Source: Rhina ancylostomus
Lineage: Eukaryota
Assembly: GCA_030265395.1 (NCBI GenBank)
Contig: JARFYF010000052.1
Coordinates: 121,497,017-121,561,016, forward strand
DNA: 64,000 bases
Reading direction: 5' to 3'
Both the position numbers and the translations under genes were made by a program. Under the pieces are notes generated by a model. It saw only the letters and a program-made list of their open reading frames with translations. It was not told the DNA's origin and did no database searches. This document shows positions 12,932-24,396 of this stretch, in pieces; position 1 is the stretch's first letter, and each line of letters starts with the position of its first letter.

Positions 12932-14329
12932 TGTACAGGAAAGGTGAGTATCTGAAACCAGCCTTAATAATGAATAATATCAGGGGCTTTCCATACCAAG
13001 GATGAGGATGGAGAAGGTGCAGCTATCCCACTGCAGCCAATGCTTCTGGAAAATGCAGAAGGCAAGTTTATTTTGCACATCATAAAAGAACCTTAAATCA
13101 AAGAAGCTTCAACAGGGGTGTTTGCAAAGCAGATCTTTATCTCCTCATACTGGAAGACCCTGAGATAACCCTGAGAGGCAGCTGGTTAAGACTTACTTGG
13201 AACATGGAAACTGATGTGGGGCAGCCTGCTGCACAAAATCTAGTTCAGGAGACGAGCACGAAGTTCGGGGCTTATGCTTCACAGGGAGATCTACATGCAA
13301 GACTTGGATTCAAAAGGGACAGAGGAAGGTTGGTAAATTTGGTAGTTCATTCAGTTTGGATGAGTGTTCCTCACACCATTGACAGGACAACAGCGGATCC
13401 AGAATATTCCTATTCTTCGTAGTGACACTGAAACAAATTTAAAAATCAGGAATAGCTTCATACCTTAATTAACTGCATTCACCAAAACAAAGAGCCAAAC
13501 ATGTTTTGACTGAAAATAATAAAAATATTTTGAGATTAATTTGATTTACCACTCATTCATTTTAACTTTGAGGCTAGCACACTGCCCTCAATCAAGTTTT
13601 ATCTGGAGGTTAAAGCACACTTCAGAAACAGAAGAGCATTTCTCCTTTGTGTGTTGCCTATTCTATGACCACTTGATGTTGATTTAAAAGCTGTTAAAGC
13701 ATTACATTTCATAGCCTTCATCACTTTGATAAGCATGAAATCCTACCCCTCTTGTTTTAACAGAACAGTCAAATGAATGAATTATTTGAGACTCACTATT
13801 GTCAGCTATCTATTATTCTTTTCTGTGTAATATGATAACAGTGCATTGCAAAATCTGATCAAGAATCNNNNNNNNNNNNNNNNNNNNNNNNNNNNNNNNN
13901 NNNNNNNNNNNNNNNNNNNNNNNNNNNNNNNNNNNNNNNNNNNNNNNNNNNNNNNNNNNNNNNNNNNCTGATCAAGAATCATCCTAGTTGCAATTTGAGG
14001 GTCATTACTTGTATCTTAAAAAGTGTAACTTTAATATATTGGTTAATTGATCTCAGTCAAGTTACCAACTTGTAGATAATGTATTGGATGAAGATTTTAA
14101 TGTTATCCCTATTCAACCCTATTCTGGGCTCTCACCGGGGTGGGGACTATTTGGGCTATAGATGGCTTTTACTACACCAAAGAATTCAGACATTTCATTG
14201 GCATCAGTGTGTTTCTCAGTCTTCTGTGCTGTCTCCATACACAATCTGTACTTTCAGTCATAGGCTTTCTGTGATCCCTCTACCTTCAGGAGCTTGTAGA
14301 GCTGTCGACTAAAGGTGGAATAGTCTAGG

Positions 14330-15060
14330 CAATGGTCAGCCCAGCAGTCATTGATGCCTGTCATGCTGCAGTGATGTGACTATCTGCATGGTCCTTTGCT
14401 CATTTGATGATACAATCTAACTTGGGCTGGAATGTTGTCATAACATCTCGTGCTTGTCCCTCTCATGAAACAAGGAGTTCATGATGACAAGGTCATACTC
14501 CTGGCATTTTTTCAAGAGAAGGACCATGCTGGACTTAGTCTTCTCTATTGCTTCCTTGCCAGAGGGTTGTGTCCCTTCCGACTCTGGCAGTGAAGTCATT
14601 CAGGATAATCAATTTGTCACCCTCTGGGATGAGGAGCAGAATATTTTCAAGTGTACAGCAAAGAGAACATGGCCTCATCTGAAACTTCCATTGTGTTTGG
14701 TTTGATGGCTGCAGCATGTTTGGTGAGCCATGGGGTCATGAGGTGTTAGTCAATTCTGCAGGCACGCCTCATTCTTGATGGCAAATCTCATTCCATGAAG
14801 ACAGGGTTGCTCTTCCAGCTTGCTCTTCCTGAAGAAGATGTACCCACTTACCTTGTTCTTTAACTTGGCCATCTCCTGTGCATTGTGTCTTGCTCATTGT
14901 GGTGACATCGAAGGCAAAGCATCCATGTTCCTGACCTATGATAGCAGTAATGTTCATGTCTGTTGCTATAGGGATGAGGGTCCTGACGTTCCAGGTCCTC
15001 AACTTCATATTATCGAGTGGAAGTTCCCTGTGTAAGTTGCTTTTAATGTGGAGTAGCCAT
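14330..15060 (-). mobile_element. RTE-clade LINE, APE endonuclease region (decayed)
   Basis: KLRTWNVRTL (endonuclease N-terminus) and DKLIILNDFTARVGRD (cf. GDFNARVG). Confidence 0.9.
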
Positions 15061-15175
15061 TACACACCAGCTACTGTCTTGATCCAGCTGCAAGAAAAAC
15101 CAAGACAAATGGAGATTGGGCTTGGCTGAATGGGTGCATTTACTTGCTCACTCATTAGCTGGAAAACAAAAATGC

Positions 15176-15176
<1 letters not shown>

Positions 15177-15251
<75 letters not shown>
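15177..15251. repeat. (CAGA)n(CA)n compound microsatellite running into a gap
   Basis: Seen directly. Confidence 0.98.
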
Positions 15252-15714
15252 NNNNNNNNNNNNNNNNNNNNNNNNNNNNNNNNNNNNNNNNNNNNNNNNN
15301 NNNNNNNNNNNNNNNNNNNNNNNNNNNNNNNNNNNNNNNNNNNNNNNNNNNNNNNNNNNNNNNNNNNNNNNNNNNNNNNNNNNNNNNNNNNNNNNNNNNN
15401 NNNNNNNNNNNNNNNNNNNNNNNNNNNNNNNNNNNNNNNNNNNNNNNNNNNNNNNNNNNNNNNNNNNNNNNNNNNNNNNNNNNNNNNNNNNNNNNNNNNN
15501 NNNNNNNNNNNNNNNNNNNNNNNNNNNNNNNNNNNNNNNNNNNNNNNNNNNNNNNNNNNNNNNNNNNNNNNNNNNNNNNNNNNNNNNNNNNNNNNNNNNN
15601 NNNNNNNNNNNNNNNNNNNNNNNNNNNNNNNNNNNNNNNNNNNNNNNNNNNNNNNNNNNNNNNNNNNNNNNNNNNNNNNNNNNNNNNNNNNNNNNNNNNN
15701 NNNNNNNNNNNNNN

Positions 15715-17097
15715 GCAATGAAAAACTTGCAGCAGCATCATGGACACCTAGCATCATATAAGGAGGTAAATCTGTGGTAAGTCCAGAGGGCGATTTGTCG
15801 ACTGCGACAGTGAAAGTCATCACCAGACTACTCCTCAAGTGTCTCCTCCCAGTTGTCAATCAGCTGCTCCATGGATCACCATGTAGATTCCATCCATCCA
15901 GAGGTTCAGTGGACTTGATCTTCATACAATGACTCTGATAAAATTTCAGGGACCAGCACCAGTTACTGTATATGTCGCTTCTCAATTTCACCAAAGCTGT
16001 TGACTCCATCAATCCAGACACTGTGGAACACCTTCCAATTCAGCTGCCCATGACAATTTGTTTNNNNNNNNNNTCGGTGAATACTGGTGTCAAACAAAGC
16101 TGGTCATTACCCCAAGAATTGTATCACCATGATGTTATGTCTCTACTCCAACAAACTTCCAGTGTGGTTGAAGTTCAGCCTCTGACACCTACACTCCAGA
16201 AGCAATGTCACCTGAACCTCAGTACTCAAGCTGCTGTATGCAAATGATTCTTGAGTTTGCACGTGCTTGGATGCCGAGCTCCAAGGCATTGTCAACTCAT
16301 TCACCAAAGCACACAAGAGGATGGGCCTTACCTCCAACATTTGGAAGACCAAGGTCGGTCTGCCAACCTGCTCCTACAGCACCACACTGTCTGCCAAACA
16401 ATAAAGATTCATGACAAAAGCTTGGAGATAGTTATCCACTTCAAATATTTCAACAAAAGCAGATATGGATGAAGAAATTCATCACCATCTCCAAAGTATC
16501 AGTGCAGTCTTTGTTCAATAGGGAGAAGGATGAAGACTTCAGACCTGGCACAAAGCTCATGGTCAACTAGGCAGCAGTTATCTCTGCCCTCCTATATGCT
16601 TCTAAGTGTGCTTCTAAGACTATCTAGTTGTCCAGTTGTTGTCACTTGCCCAATTATTGTCAGTTGGCTACTTTGGACTGGCCCCATTGACCACATGCCC
16701 AAAATCAGACTCTCGAAAAAGACATTCTATTCCAAGTGCTGTCATGGGAAAAAATTACCACAGGAACAGAGAACAAGATTCAGAGGTGTGCTCAAAGCCT
16801 CCTTGAAGAAATGCAACTCCCCACTGATTCATGGGACCCTCTCATCCATAACCACTCAAAATGGAGACAGAGTATCTGGGATGGTATTGAGAACCTCAAA
16901 GCCATACATGGAGAACACACTCAAAACCCCATGTACAGTATGTAATAGAAGCCGTGTTCCATATCACAATTGCCCACCTCATCAGCCACTGTCTGCCTGT
17001 GCTTCACATTAGTTTCTTTAGTCACCTTAAAATCCACAAATCCAGAGAACAAGCATGTCATCTTTAATCCCAAGGGATGGACGAAAAAGAAGACAAG
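15715..17097 (+). mobile_element. RTE-clade LINE, RT and C-terminal region (decayed)
   Basis: FTKAVDSIN (cf. DxxKAFD), NTGVKQ (cf. GVKQG), HMPKIRLSKKTFYS...QRTRFRGVLKASLKKC; AAG-rich tail. Confidence 0.88.
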
Positions 17098-17499
17098 TAA
17101 TCAACATGAGAAATCAACATTGAATCAGCATTGGAGTGAGAAGTCAACATAAAATTGTGTTATATTCAATAAGCAATTTAGAAGTAATTAAGAATNNNNN
17201 NNNNNNNNNNNNNNNNNNAACGAGATCAATGGCCGAGATTTCCACCGCATAACTAATTGAAAACAATACACAATCTAAATAGTATGGCTGAAACCTCAAA
17301 GCACAGTTCCTAAAATGAACTGAACTCACTCTGTGGTCCAATTGCTCTTGTTGCAGTTTAAAAGAGTGTTATTATATTTACAGGGTACAACAGAATACCA
17401 AACTCCAGTTGATAATACAGAACCAAGGCATGTCATGTCTCAGATATTTCAGTTTGTGTTGAACAAATTCAGGCTTCTATGAAAAGGCTGTTTGATTAT

Positions 17500-17960
17500 T
17501 TTTTATATGTTTATCCAAGGGATATCGGCTTCGCAGGCTCAGCCAGCATTTAATTGCCCCATGTCTAATTGCCTTAGAGAAGGTAGTGGTGAGCCGCCTT
17601 CTTGAACTGCTGCAGTACTTGAGGTGTGGGTGTATCCACAATGCTGTTTGTGAGAGAGTGCTAGGAATTTGACCCAGTGGCAGAGAAGGAACAGCGATAT
17701 ATTTCCAAGTCAGGATGGTGTGTGGCTTGGAGGACAACTTCCTGGTGATGGTGTCCCCATAGCTTTGCTGCCCCTTTCCTTGTAGCGGATAGAGGCCATG
17801 AGTTTTGAAGGTGCTGTCCAAGGAGACTTGGTGAGTCGCTGCAGTGCATCCTGTAAATGGTACACACTGCTGCTACTACGCAGTGGTGGTAGCATGAGTA
17901 AATGGTTGTGGACTGGATGCCTATCAAGTGGGCTGATCTGCCCTGTTGGTGCTGAGGACA
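17500..17960 (-). mobile_element. CR1/L2-superclade LINE 3' end
   Basis: HHCVVAAVCTIYRMHC...SPSLLGQHL; the same family recurs on + at 52195-52715 and 36200-36420. Confidence 0.85.
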
Positions 17961-18775
17961 TGAAGATGTACTGGAGGAATTTGAGAGACTGGTTAAGAAA
18001 AAATTAAAAGCTTTCAGCTTCATTATATTCTACAGGGCAATTCAGAACATCATTACAAATTGGAAAGTTGTAGTTTATCTGTAGGTGCAGTACTGATGGA
18101 ATTCGTATGGATAGTATTCATTGAAGAAATTATCATTCAGTACGATAGTCAAGAGGTAGAAATTTGTATTGATACTGGGGAGTTAGAAGCTGTGTCCACA
18201 CCAGTGGGAAATCATACAAAATGGTTAATAACTAGATGAGGTAGATCACAAAACCTTGAATAAACTGGTTGCCAGAGCCAGGTCAGAGGAGTTTTGAATA
18301 TTTTATTGGATTCTTTCTACTTTTATCTAAATTGACAGCTTTTTCCCCTTCAATCTTGTTGTGTTTCTCCCAATGTGATGCAGAGACTCATTCTGAGATG
18401 AATAAAATAATCCTTAGTTCTTAGTCTTTTGTCAAGCTGCTTATCAGCTCTGGTTAAAAAAAGGTTGCNNNNNNNNNNNNNNNNNNNNNNNNNNNNNNNN
18501 NNNNNNNNNNNNNNNNNNNNNNNNNNNNNNNNNNNNNNNNNNNNNNNNNNNNNNNNNNNNNNNNNNNNTTGCGGAATGAGAAATGAAGTGGGTAGAGGCC
18601 AACAGACGTTGCTGAAATTAACATTTATTTTCAAACTTGCATGCAACTTCCACATTGATGCAAAATGCTTTGGGGCTGCATTAGTGCTAAAATGTTCACC
18701 TATCTCAGAATTAAAACCTTCCATTGGGCTTTGAATGTGTTGACTACAGTATTAATAGAATTGTAGTGGCTAGCT

Positions 18776-19095
18776 ACGAGTAAACAAAATTAAAGTTGTA
18801 GTCAAGAAGTCACGGAGCAAGAGAGCACTCTTATCACTCACTCCCTGGAGCTTATATACAGCTTCCCGATCCCGCGCACTCGTCGCTTTGCTGACATCAC
18901 GCCGGTCAGCTGACCTTTCCCGAGCGCGGGCTTTTGTCATTATTAATGAAGATGGAGGACCCGGCACCATCTTGGGCCGGGGAGCTCCGCCAACATGCGC
19001 CGCTGCGGGAGCTGGTTCGGACCCGAATTAGGTGCGTCGCTATAGAATCCTATATAAAGAGGATTCCTTAGCCTGGTTTTATTCATTCTCGCGAA
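18776..19095. promoter_or_regulatory. Small CpG island, probable promoter (possibly bidirectional)
   Basis: About 24 CpGs in ~320 bp against a CpG-depleted background. TATATAAG on - (18851-18858), CRE-like TGACATCA, E-box CAGCTG, NR half-site TGACCT, AAGATGG on both strands; splice donors leave on both strands (- at 18841, + at 19032). Confidence 0.7.
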
Positions 19096-19454
19096 TTGTC
19101 TCACCTCAACTATTAGTTTTCTCACCCATGTCTTACCACTATTGTTATTTCATGACAAGGCGGCCCACACAACTGAATATATTAAAGCCTCAGCTGAATA
19201 AGTAGATCATAACTCAGATTTTGCCACCAGCATACCCCATTATTACTTTATGAAACCAACAGAACTTTCAGCATAACACAAAAATAGTCAAAGGTTTTTA
19301 GAAGTGTTGATATGTTTACCAACTTTCTGAAGATTTTAGCCACTGCTCCTCCCTCTAGGCAGTTCAAAGCAAGGATGGGGACTTGATCTTATCCTCTTGT
19401 CAGGAAATTCCAATGTTATTGACAGCATTCATGTCTCTACAGGTTGCGTTGATG

Positions 19455-19790
19455 GGTGACATGGTGGCCTAACAGTTAGTGCTACTGCCTTACAGCTCCG
19501 GGGATCTGCATTTGAACCTGACCTTGGTGCAGTCTATTTAGAGTTTGCAAATTCTCTCTGGGATGCCATAAGTTGCTCTGGTTTCCTCCCACATCCAATG
19601 TTGTACTGGTAGGTTAGTTAACTACTGTACATTAGTGTTGGTCAGCAGCAAAAGAATCAAAGTGGGATTGGTGGGCATGTGATAGAGAATAAGTTGTAGG
19701 GTTACAGAGAAATAAGGCAGTGGGAATGAGACTGGTGGAGGGCTAGCATGGACTTATTGGCTGAAATAGCCTTCTTCTGTGTCATGATTA
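19455..19790 (+). mobile_element. Older tRNA-derived V-SINE
   Basis: Head ggtggcctaacagttagtgctactgccttacagctcc, core gctctggtttcctcccacatcc, CR1-like tail. Confidence 0.85.
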
Positions 19791-21223
19791 GTAACTCTCC
19801 GACATAGAAATTCACATAGGAATCAACAAGTCAGCATGAATTTAGGTTAATTGCCCACTACTTATAAAATTGACTCTCTGGACAATTTTAAATCCGCTCT
19901 GAGAAAGCACGAGAAGTATTTTCCCATAGCAGAAGCAGATTTTAATTGAAAAAGAGGCTCAAGTAGAAATGTTTAAATAACTTGTTACTTTCAAAAAAGC
20001 TTTTTAAAATCTTTCTAATGGCTTGTAAATTTAAGTATATATTTTTAATCTTTTCCATCTCTTGTTCATTTCTTAAAAACATATAAAACTTTCTAAGACT
20101 TCTTAAAAATCTCTCCAATGGCATACGGTTTTATTTTAGGATATGCTTTAAAGCTTTTAAATAAAAGTTGAAAACAGTTAAGGGTTCTTAAAAGTTCCTA
20201 AAAGTGTTATAAATTTCTGAGAATTTTAAACCCGGCTTAATAACTTTAGACAGTTCATGGGTAAAGATGGGGATTTGGTCTCATTCTATCAGTTTTCTTT
20301 TTTGTGTATAGTGCTTATTTTTGATTAAAAAACATCACACAAATGACACTGCAGAAATGGACAATGTAGAAATATCTTATTATATTTAGATTAGGTTCTT
20401 CCTAGGAAGGTTGATCAAGGTAGAGGGCAGTTCTTTTTGAAGTCAACACCACCCATCAAAGTCATGAACTGTATCTTGACATGACAACATATGAATTGTA
20501 TGAAATAAATGTCACCAGATTGCTAATTTTTTGATGTGTACTGTAATTCAAATACAATATCTTAAAACCATTGCATTGTCCCCTCATATACCACGATTGC
20601 TGATACATGCTAGCAGCACCCTGGTAGCACTGTTTCAAAATGTTCCAGAATCCACTCATACTCCAGAAATTCAGGCACAAAAATCTAGGGTTAACCCTCC
20701 AGCCATATTGAGGGAGAACTACATTGACGGCCACAGTAGATGGGATCTTGAAGTGAGGTGCCTTTTGGTTTCTCAGGTGGACAGTGAGGATGCGTTGGAG
20801 CCATTTTGTTGGAGGTAGAGGAGAAGTCATCCTTTGGTGTTCTGCCCAAAATTTAATACAGCAGTGTAGACTATCAGCTATTTATATTGCTGTTTGTGGA
20901 GATTACTGTGTGAAATTTAACTGCCATGTTTCTTCCATCACAAGCAATTTAGTAAAGGTCTTTTGAAGTCCCAAAACGACAACAAAAGGTGCTGTGTAAA
21001 TGCAAGTGTTTCTTTATTTTCTTTGGCAGAACACACTCTGAGTAAAACTTTTACACTGATAGAATTAAAGACGACTTTTATAATGTATAAGTTCTGGACT
21101 TTAGCCTGCAAAGTACTCTGCTTTCACCACATGTAGCCACATATCGATGACCTAATTGGTAAGTACACGGAGAAAACAGGAGAAAAGCTTAAAGATAAGC
21201 AATAGTTTCTTTCAATCCCTAAT

Positions 21224-21450
21224 AAAATACTGCAGATGCTGGAATTATGAAATTAATTAGAAAATGGAATACTCAGCAGGATGGGCAGCGTCTATGAAGA
21301 GGGAAACAGAGTTAATTTTTCAGGCCAATAATCTTTCATTGAAATTTGGTATTTCATCAGACAGCTCTGAGGAAAGGATATTAACTTGAAATGTTAACTC
21401 TATTCCCCCCTCCACAGATGCTGCTTGACCTGAATATTTCCATAGTTTTC
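21224..21450. repeat. Fold-back Penelope-derived repeat with hammerhead-like core
   Basis: Inverted arms (gcagcgtctatgaagagggaaacagagttaa / ttaactctattccccc..cacagatgctgc); CTGAGGA at 21367-21373 and GAAA at 21388-21391. Confidence 0.78.
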
Positions 21451-23094
21451 TTTAAGTTAAAATCTATACTTTTGTTAATATATTGCCAGATGCAGGTACA
21501 GTAGCTTAAGAAAAAAACACAGGAAGGAACACACAGCTATTGGATATGTACAAGTACCTTTCCAACCAAATGACTCCAGTGGAGTTGACTCATCTCAGTA
21601 AATATATTACCATGTCAATTTATTTCTGTAGACTTTTAGTTAGTCAAAATTCATTTGAATTTGCTAGGAGAATAGAGAATATTTTGATTACTGTACCACA
21701 AGGCTGTTTCAATTGATTAAGAAGAACATGCTGAAAAAAATCTTCATCCTGCTCTCTTTTATATTCTATTTACATTTGGACTCACTAGGTGTACTTATTT
21801 GGCTGAGTTACAATTTTTATTAGGTTAACAATGACAGTCTTGTAATACATGTCTCTTCAGTGCCCCTTTAATCAATAAAATTACATACAAAGTTATACAA
21901 AATGAAAATTGTAGGCGTTCCAAATGAGTTTGTCTCATAGCTGCCGAGCAGCAGTTCTCACTGCAGCTGCTGTCTATTCTTCAGTGGCCTTACTTGGCTT
22001 CAGTTGTGTCATTGTCAGGCTCTGTAAGATCCTCTGGGACATGGTACCAACAGTCCTTTCTTGTGTGCTTGCAACAAGCTTTGACAAAACAGGAGATTGT
22101 ATCAGCCGTACTCCCAGACCAACCAAGTACCTAGTATCTTTCTTAGTAGCTTGGTTGGTGGTTGTCCTTGCCTTCAGGTGTAGCATAAAAAGATATGATG
22201 AGTCCCGATGACTCATGGAAGAGGTGATTTGCTGACAATATGCTGATCTTGTGCCTTATTCTTACTGACAAAGTGGAGTTAGGGCCCCAGAATCACAAAA
22301 TTTAAAGGAAATATGAGAATTCCAAGAATAATGGGAATTAAATTGCCATACCCACCTCCACAGCTCAGATGCAGAGTTAGGGAATGGAAGCTTCCACTCA
22401 TCATTTTGACTTGAAACATCCATAGCCATTTGATACAATCAATAACTATGACAACTTAGGAAAATCTGCTGATATTCATCTGGATGACAAGTCACATAAA
22501 TTCAGATGGCCTTGCTCAGGAGCTGGTGAACTGGCTTAACCAGGAATGTGCATCAAGCTGACTGATTCAACTAAAGCTCTTTGTTGTTCCCCAGAATGAG
22601 CCTGCAATGTAAAAGCTGATGCCCAAGGGTGCTTTCACTGCCGCAGTAAGAGCTGTGTCTCAGCGGGCATTGATTGGAGATCTGTTGCAACAATAAATAC
22701 AGCTTCTCTGAAATGGTGCACTTGAGCTACAGCCTCCTGAGGCAGATTTCCCAGAAATTAGATCGTGCTGGATTGACACATCCTGCTGGGTGGGCAGTAA
22801 GTGATGTTGATTATATTTTCCTTCAGGAATGCCTCCTTCATTTAACTGCCCTTCCAATTCCTGCTATTCCTCTTCCCTCAGTACGCATATCCTTTAAAGA
22901 GGATTCCAGCTGGAAAGTGTATTGTGCAGTCATCAAATCCAAAATTAGCAATTCTGAAGTAAATATGAATACAACCAAAATTTTTACCCACTGCAACATT
23001 TTTATCGCACAAATTTTGCCTTGAATCTCAAATTAACAGATGAAAGTCTGCATAAACACCTCATTTCAGCAATGTCCTTTCATTCAAAGCTAAT

Positions 23095-23560
23095 TCTGAG
23101 GATGAGCTGGTTGTCCTGTCACAAGTAGCTAAAGAAATTACATCTCTACTCTTTGGAGTTTAGGAGAATGAACAATGATCTTAATGAAAAAAATAAGATC
23201 CTTAGGAGGCAGGACGGAGGAGATATCAAGGTGTTTTCACTAGTGGGAGAAATCTAAAATGAGGGGACAGGGTGACAAATTGAGGGTAACCATTTAAAAC
23301 TGAGGTGTGTAGGAACTTCTTGCAGAGGATTGTGAACCTCTAGAATTCTGTGCTCCAGAGAGTTGTGGAGATGAGCTCAATGGAGGTATTTAAAGAGGAG
23401 ATAGATTCATTTTTGAAAGCACAAAGAAATTAGGGCTACTGAGAACTAGCACAGTAAAATAGATGAGGTCTGGGGCAAGTCAACCATGATAATTTTGAAT
23501 GGTGGGGCAGGTATGAGCAACCAAGTGGCCAATTCCTGCTCCTATATTCTTATGTTCTTA
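23095..23560 (+). mobile_element. CR1-type LINE 3' end
   Basis: ctactctttggagtttaggagaatga...ttcttgcagaggattgtgaacctc...cctgctcctatattcttatgttctta. Confidence 0.85.
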
Positions 23561-23634
23561 TTCACAAATTGATGAACATGTCCTAGCAAATTGCAGCATC
23601 TAAATAAAAATACACACAAAAAAAGACTGTAATT

Positions 23635-23770
23635 TGGAAGAAACATGAATATGCAAGGCATGGAAGGGCATGGATCATGTACAGGCAGAAAACAATTTGT
23701 TTAATATGGCATTGTGTTCAGCACAGACGTTGTGGTCCAAAAGGCCTGATCTTGTGCTGTGTTGTTCTAA
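23635..23770 (+). mobile_element. CR1/HER1 3' UTR fragment
   Basis: Matches the 3' end of 6600-6732. Confidence 0.7.
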
Positions 23771-24156
23771 ACAGGACTCATGATGGTTAACATCATTCCA
23801 TCCCGAACCTGTCATTGCAGAGTGTCTTGAAACTCAGTGAAATTTATGCCTGGTCCCTCTGTAGCAGAAAACTAATCTACATCAGCTTTGCCAAAACTTC
23901 CTGCTCCCACAAAGCTACAATTGCTCCTTTGTTCCTGCTTCTAAAGCAGAGATTTTGAGCACAACATTCATGCAGAAATTAGAGAGTAATATTTAGTATG
24001 ACAGTTCAGTACAATGAAATGGCAGGCTGAAACTTAACACCCAATAGAATACAGGTGAGAGAAAATGATGATTTCATATTGGAGGCTGATAAAAAGAACC
24101 AAAAAAATATAACCAATGGAATTCACTTGAAACCATGACTCAGTTACTTGGCTATT

Positions 24157-24396
24157 TTGGTATTGGTATTGGTTTATTATTGCCACTTGTACTGAGGTAC
24201 AGTGAAAAGCTTGTCTTACAAACCGATTGTACAGGTCAATTCATTACACAGCGCAGTTACATTGAGTCAGTACAGAGTGCATTGATGCAGTACAGGTAAA
24301 AACAATAACAACACAATAAAGTGTCACAGCTACAGAGAAAGTGCAGTGCAATAAGGTGCAAGGTCCCAACAAGGTAGATCATGAGGTCATAGTCCA
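24157..24396 (-). mobile_element. Rex1/Babar-associated 3' tail
   Basis: (ttggta)n then tttattattg...; homologous to the starts of 28820 and 57190. Confidence 0.8.

Noticed and set aside
12752-13196. snoRNAs in the short putative introns (host-gene hypothesis)
   Set aside because: No paired C/D boxes with a terminal stem; the one TGATGA present belongs to the Penelope-derived repeat
18805-18860. TATA box followed at U6-like spacing by GTGCTC on the minus strand, suggesting a U6 or other type-3 Pol III gene
   Set aside because: Similarity to U6 ends after 6 nt; there is no ACAGAGA box or U6 body, and no recognisable 7SK, Y, vault or RNase P sequence
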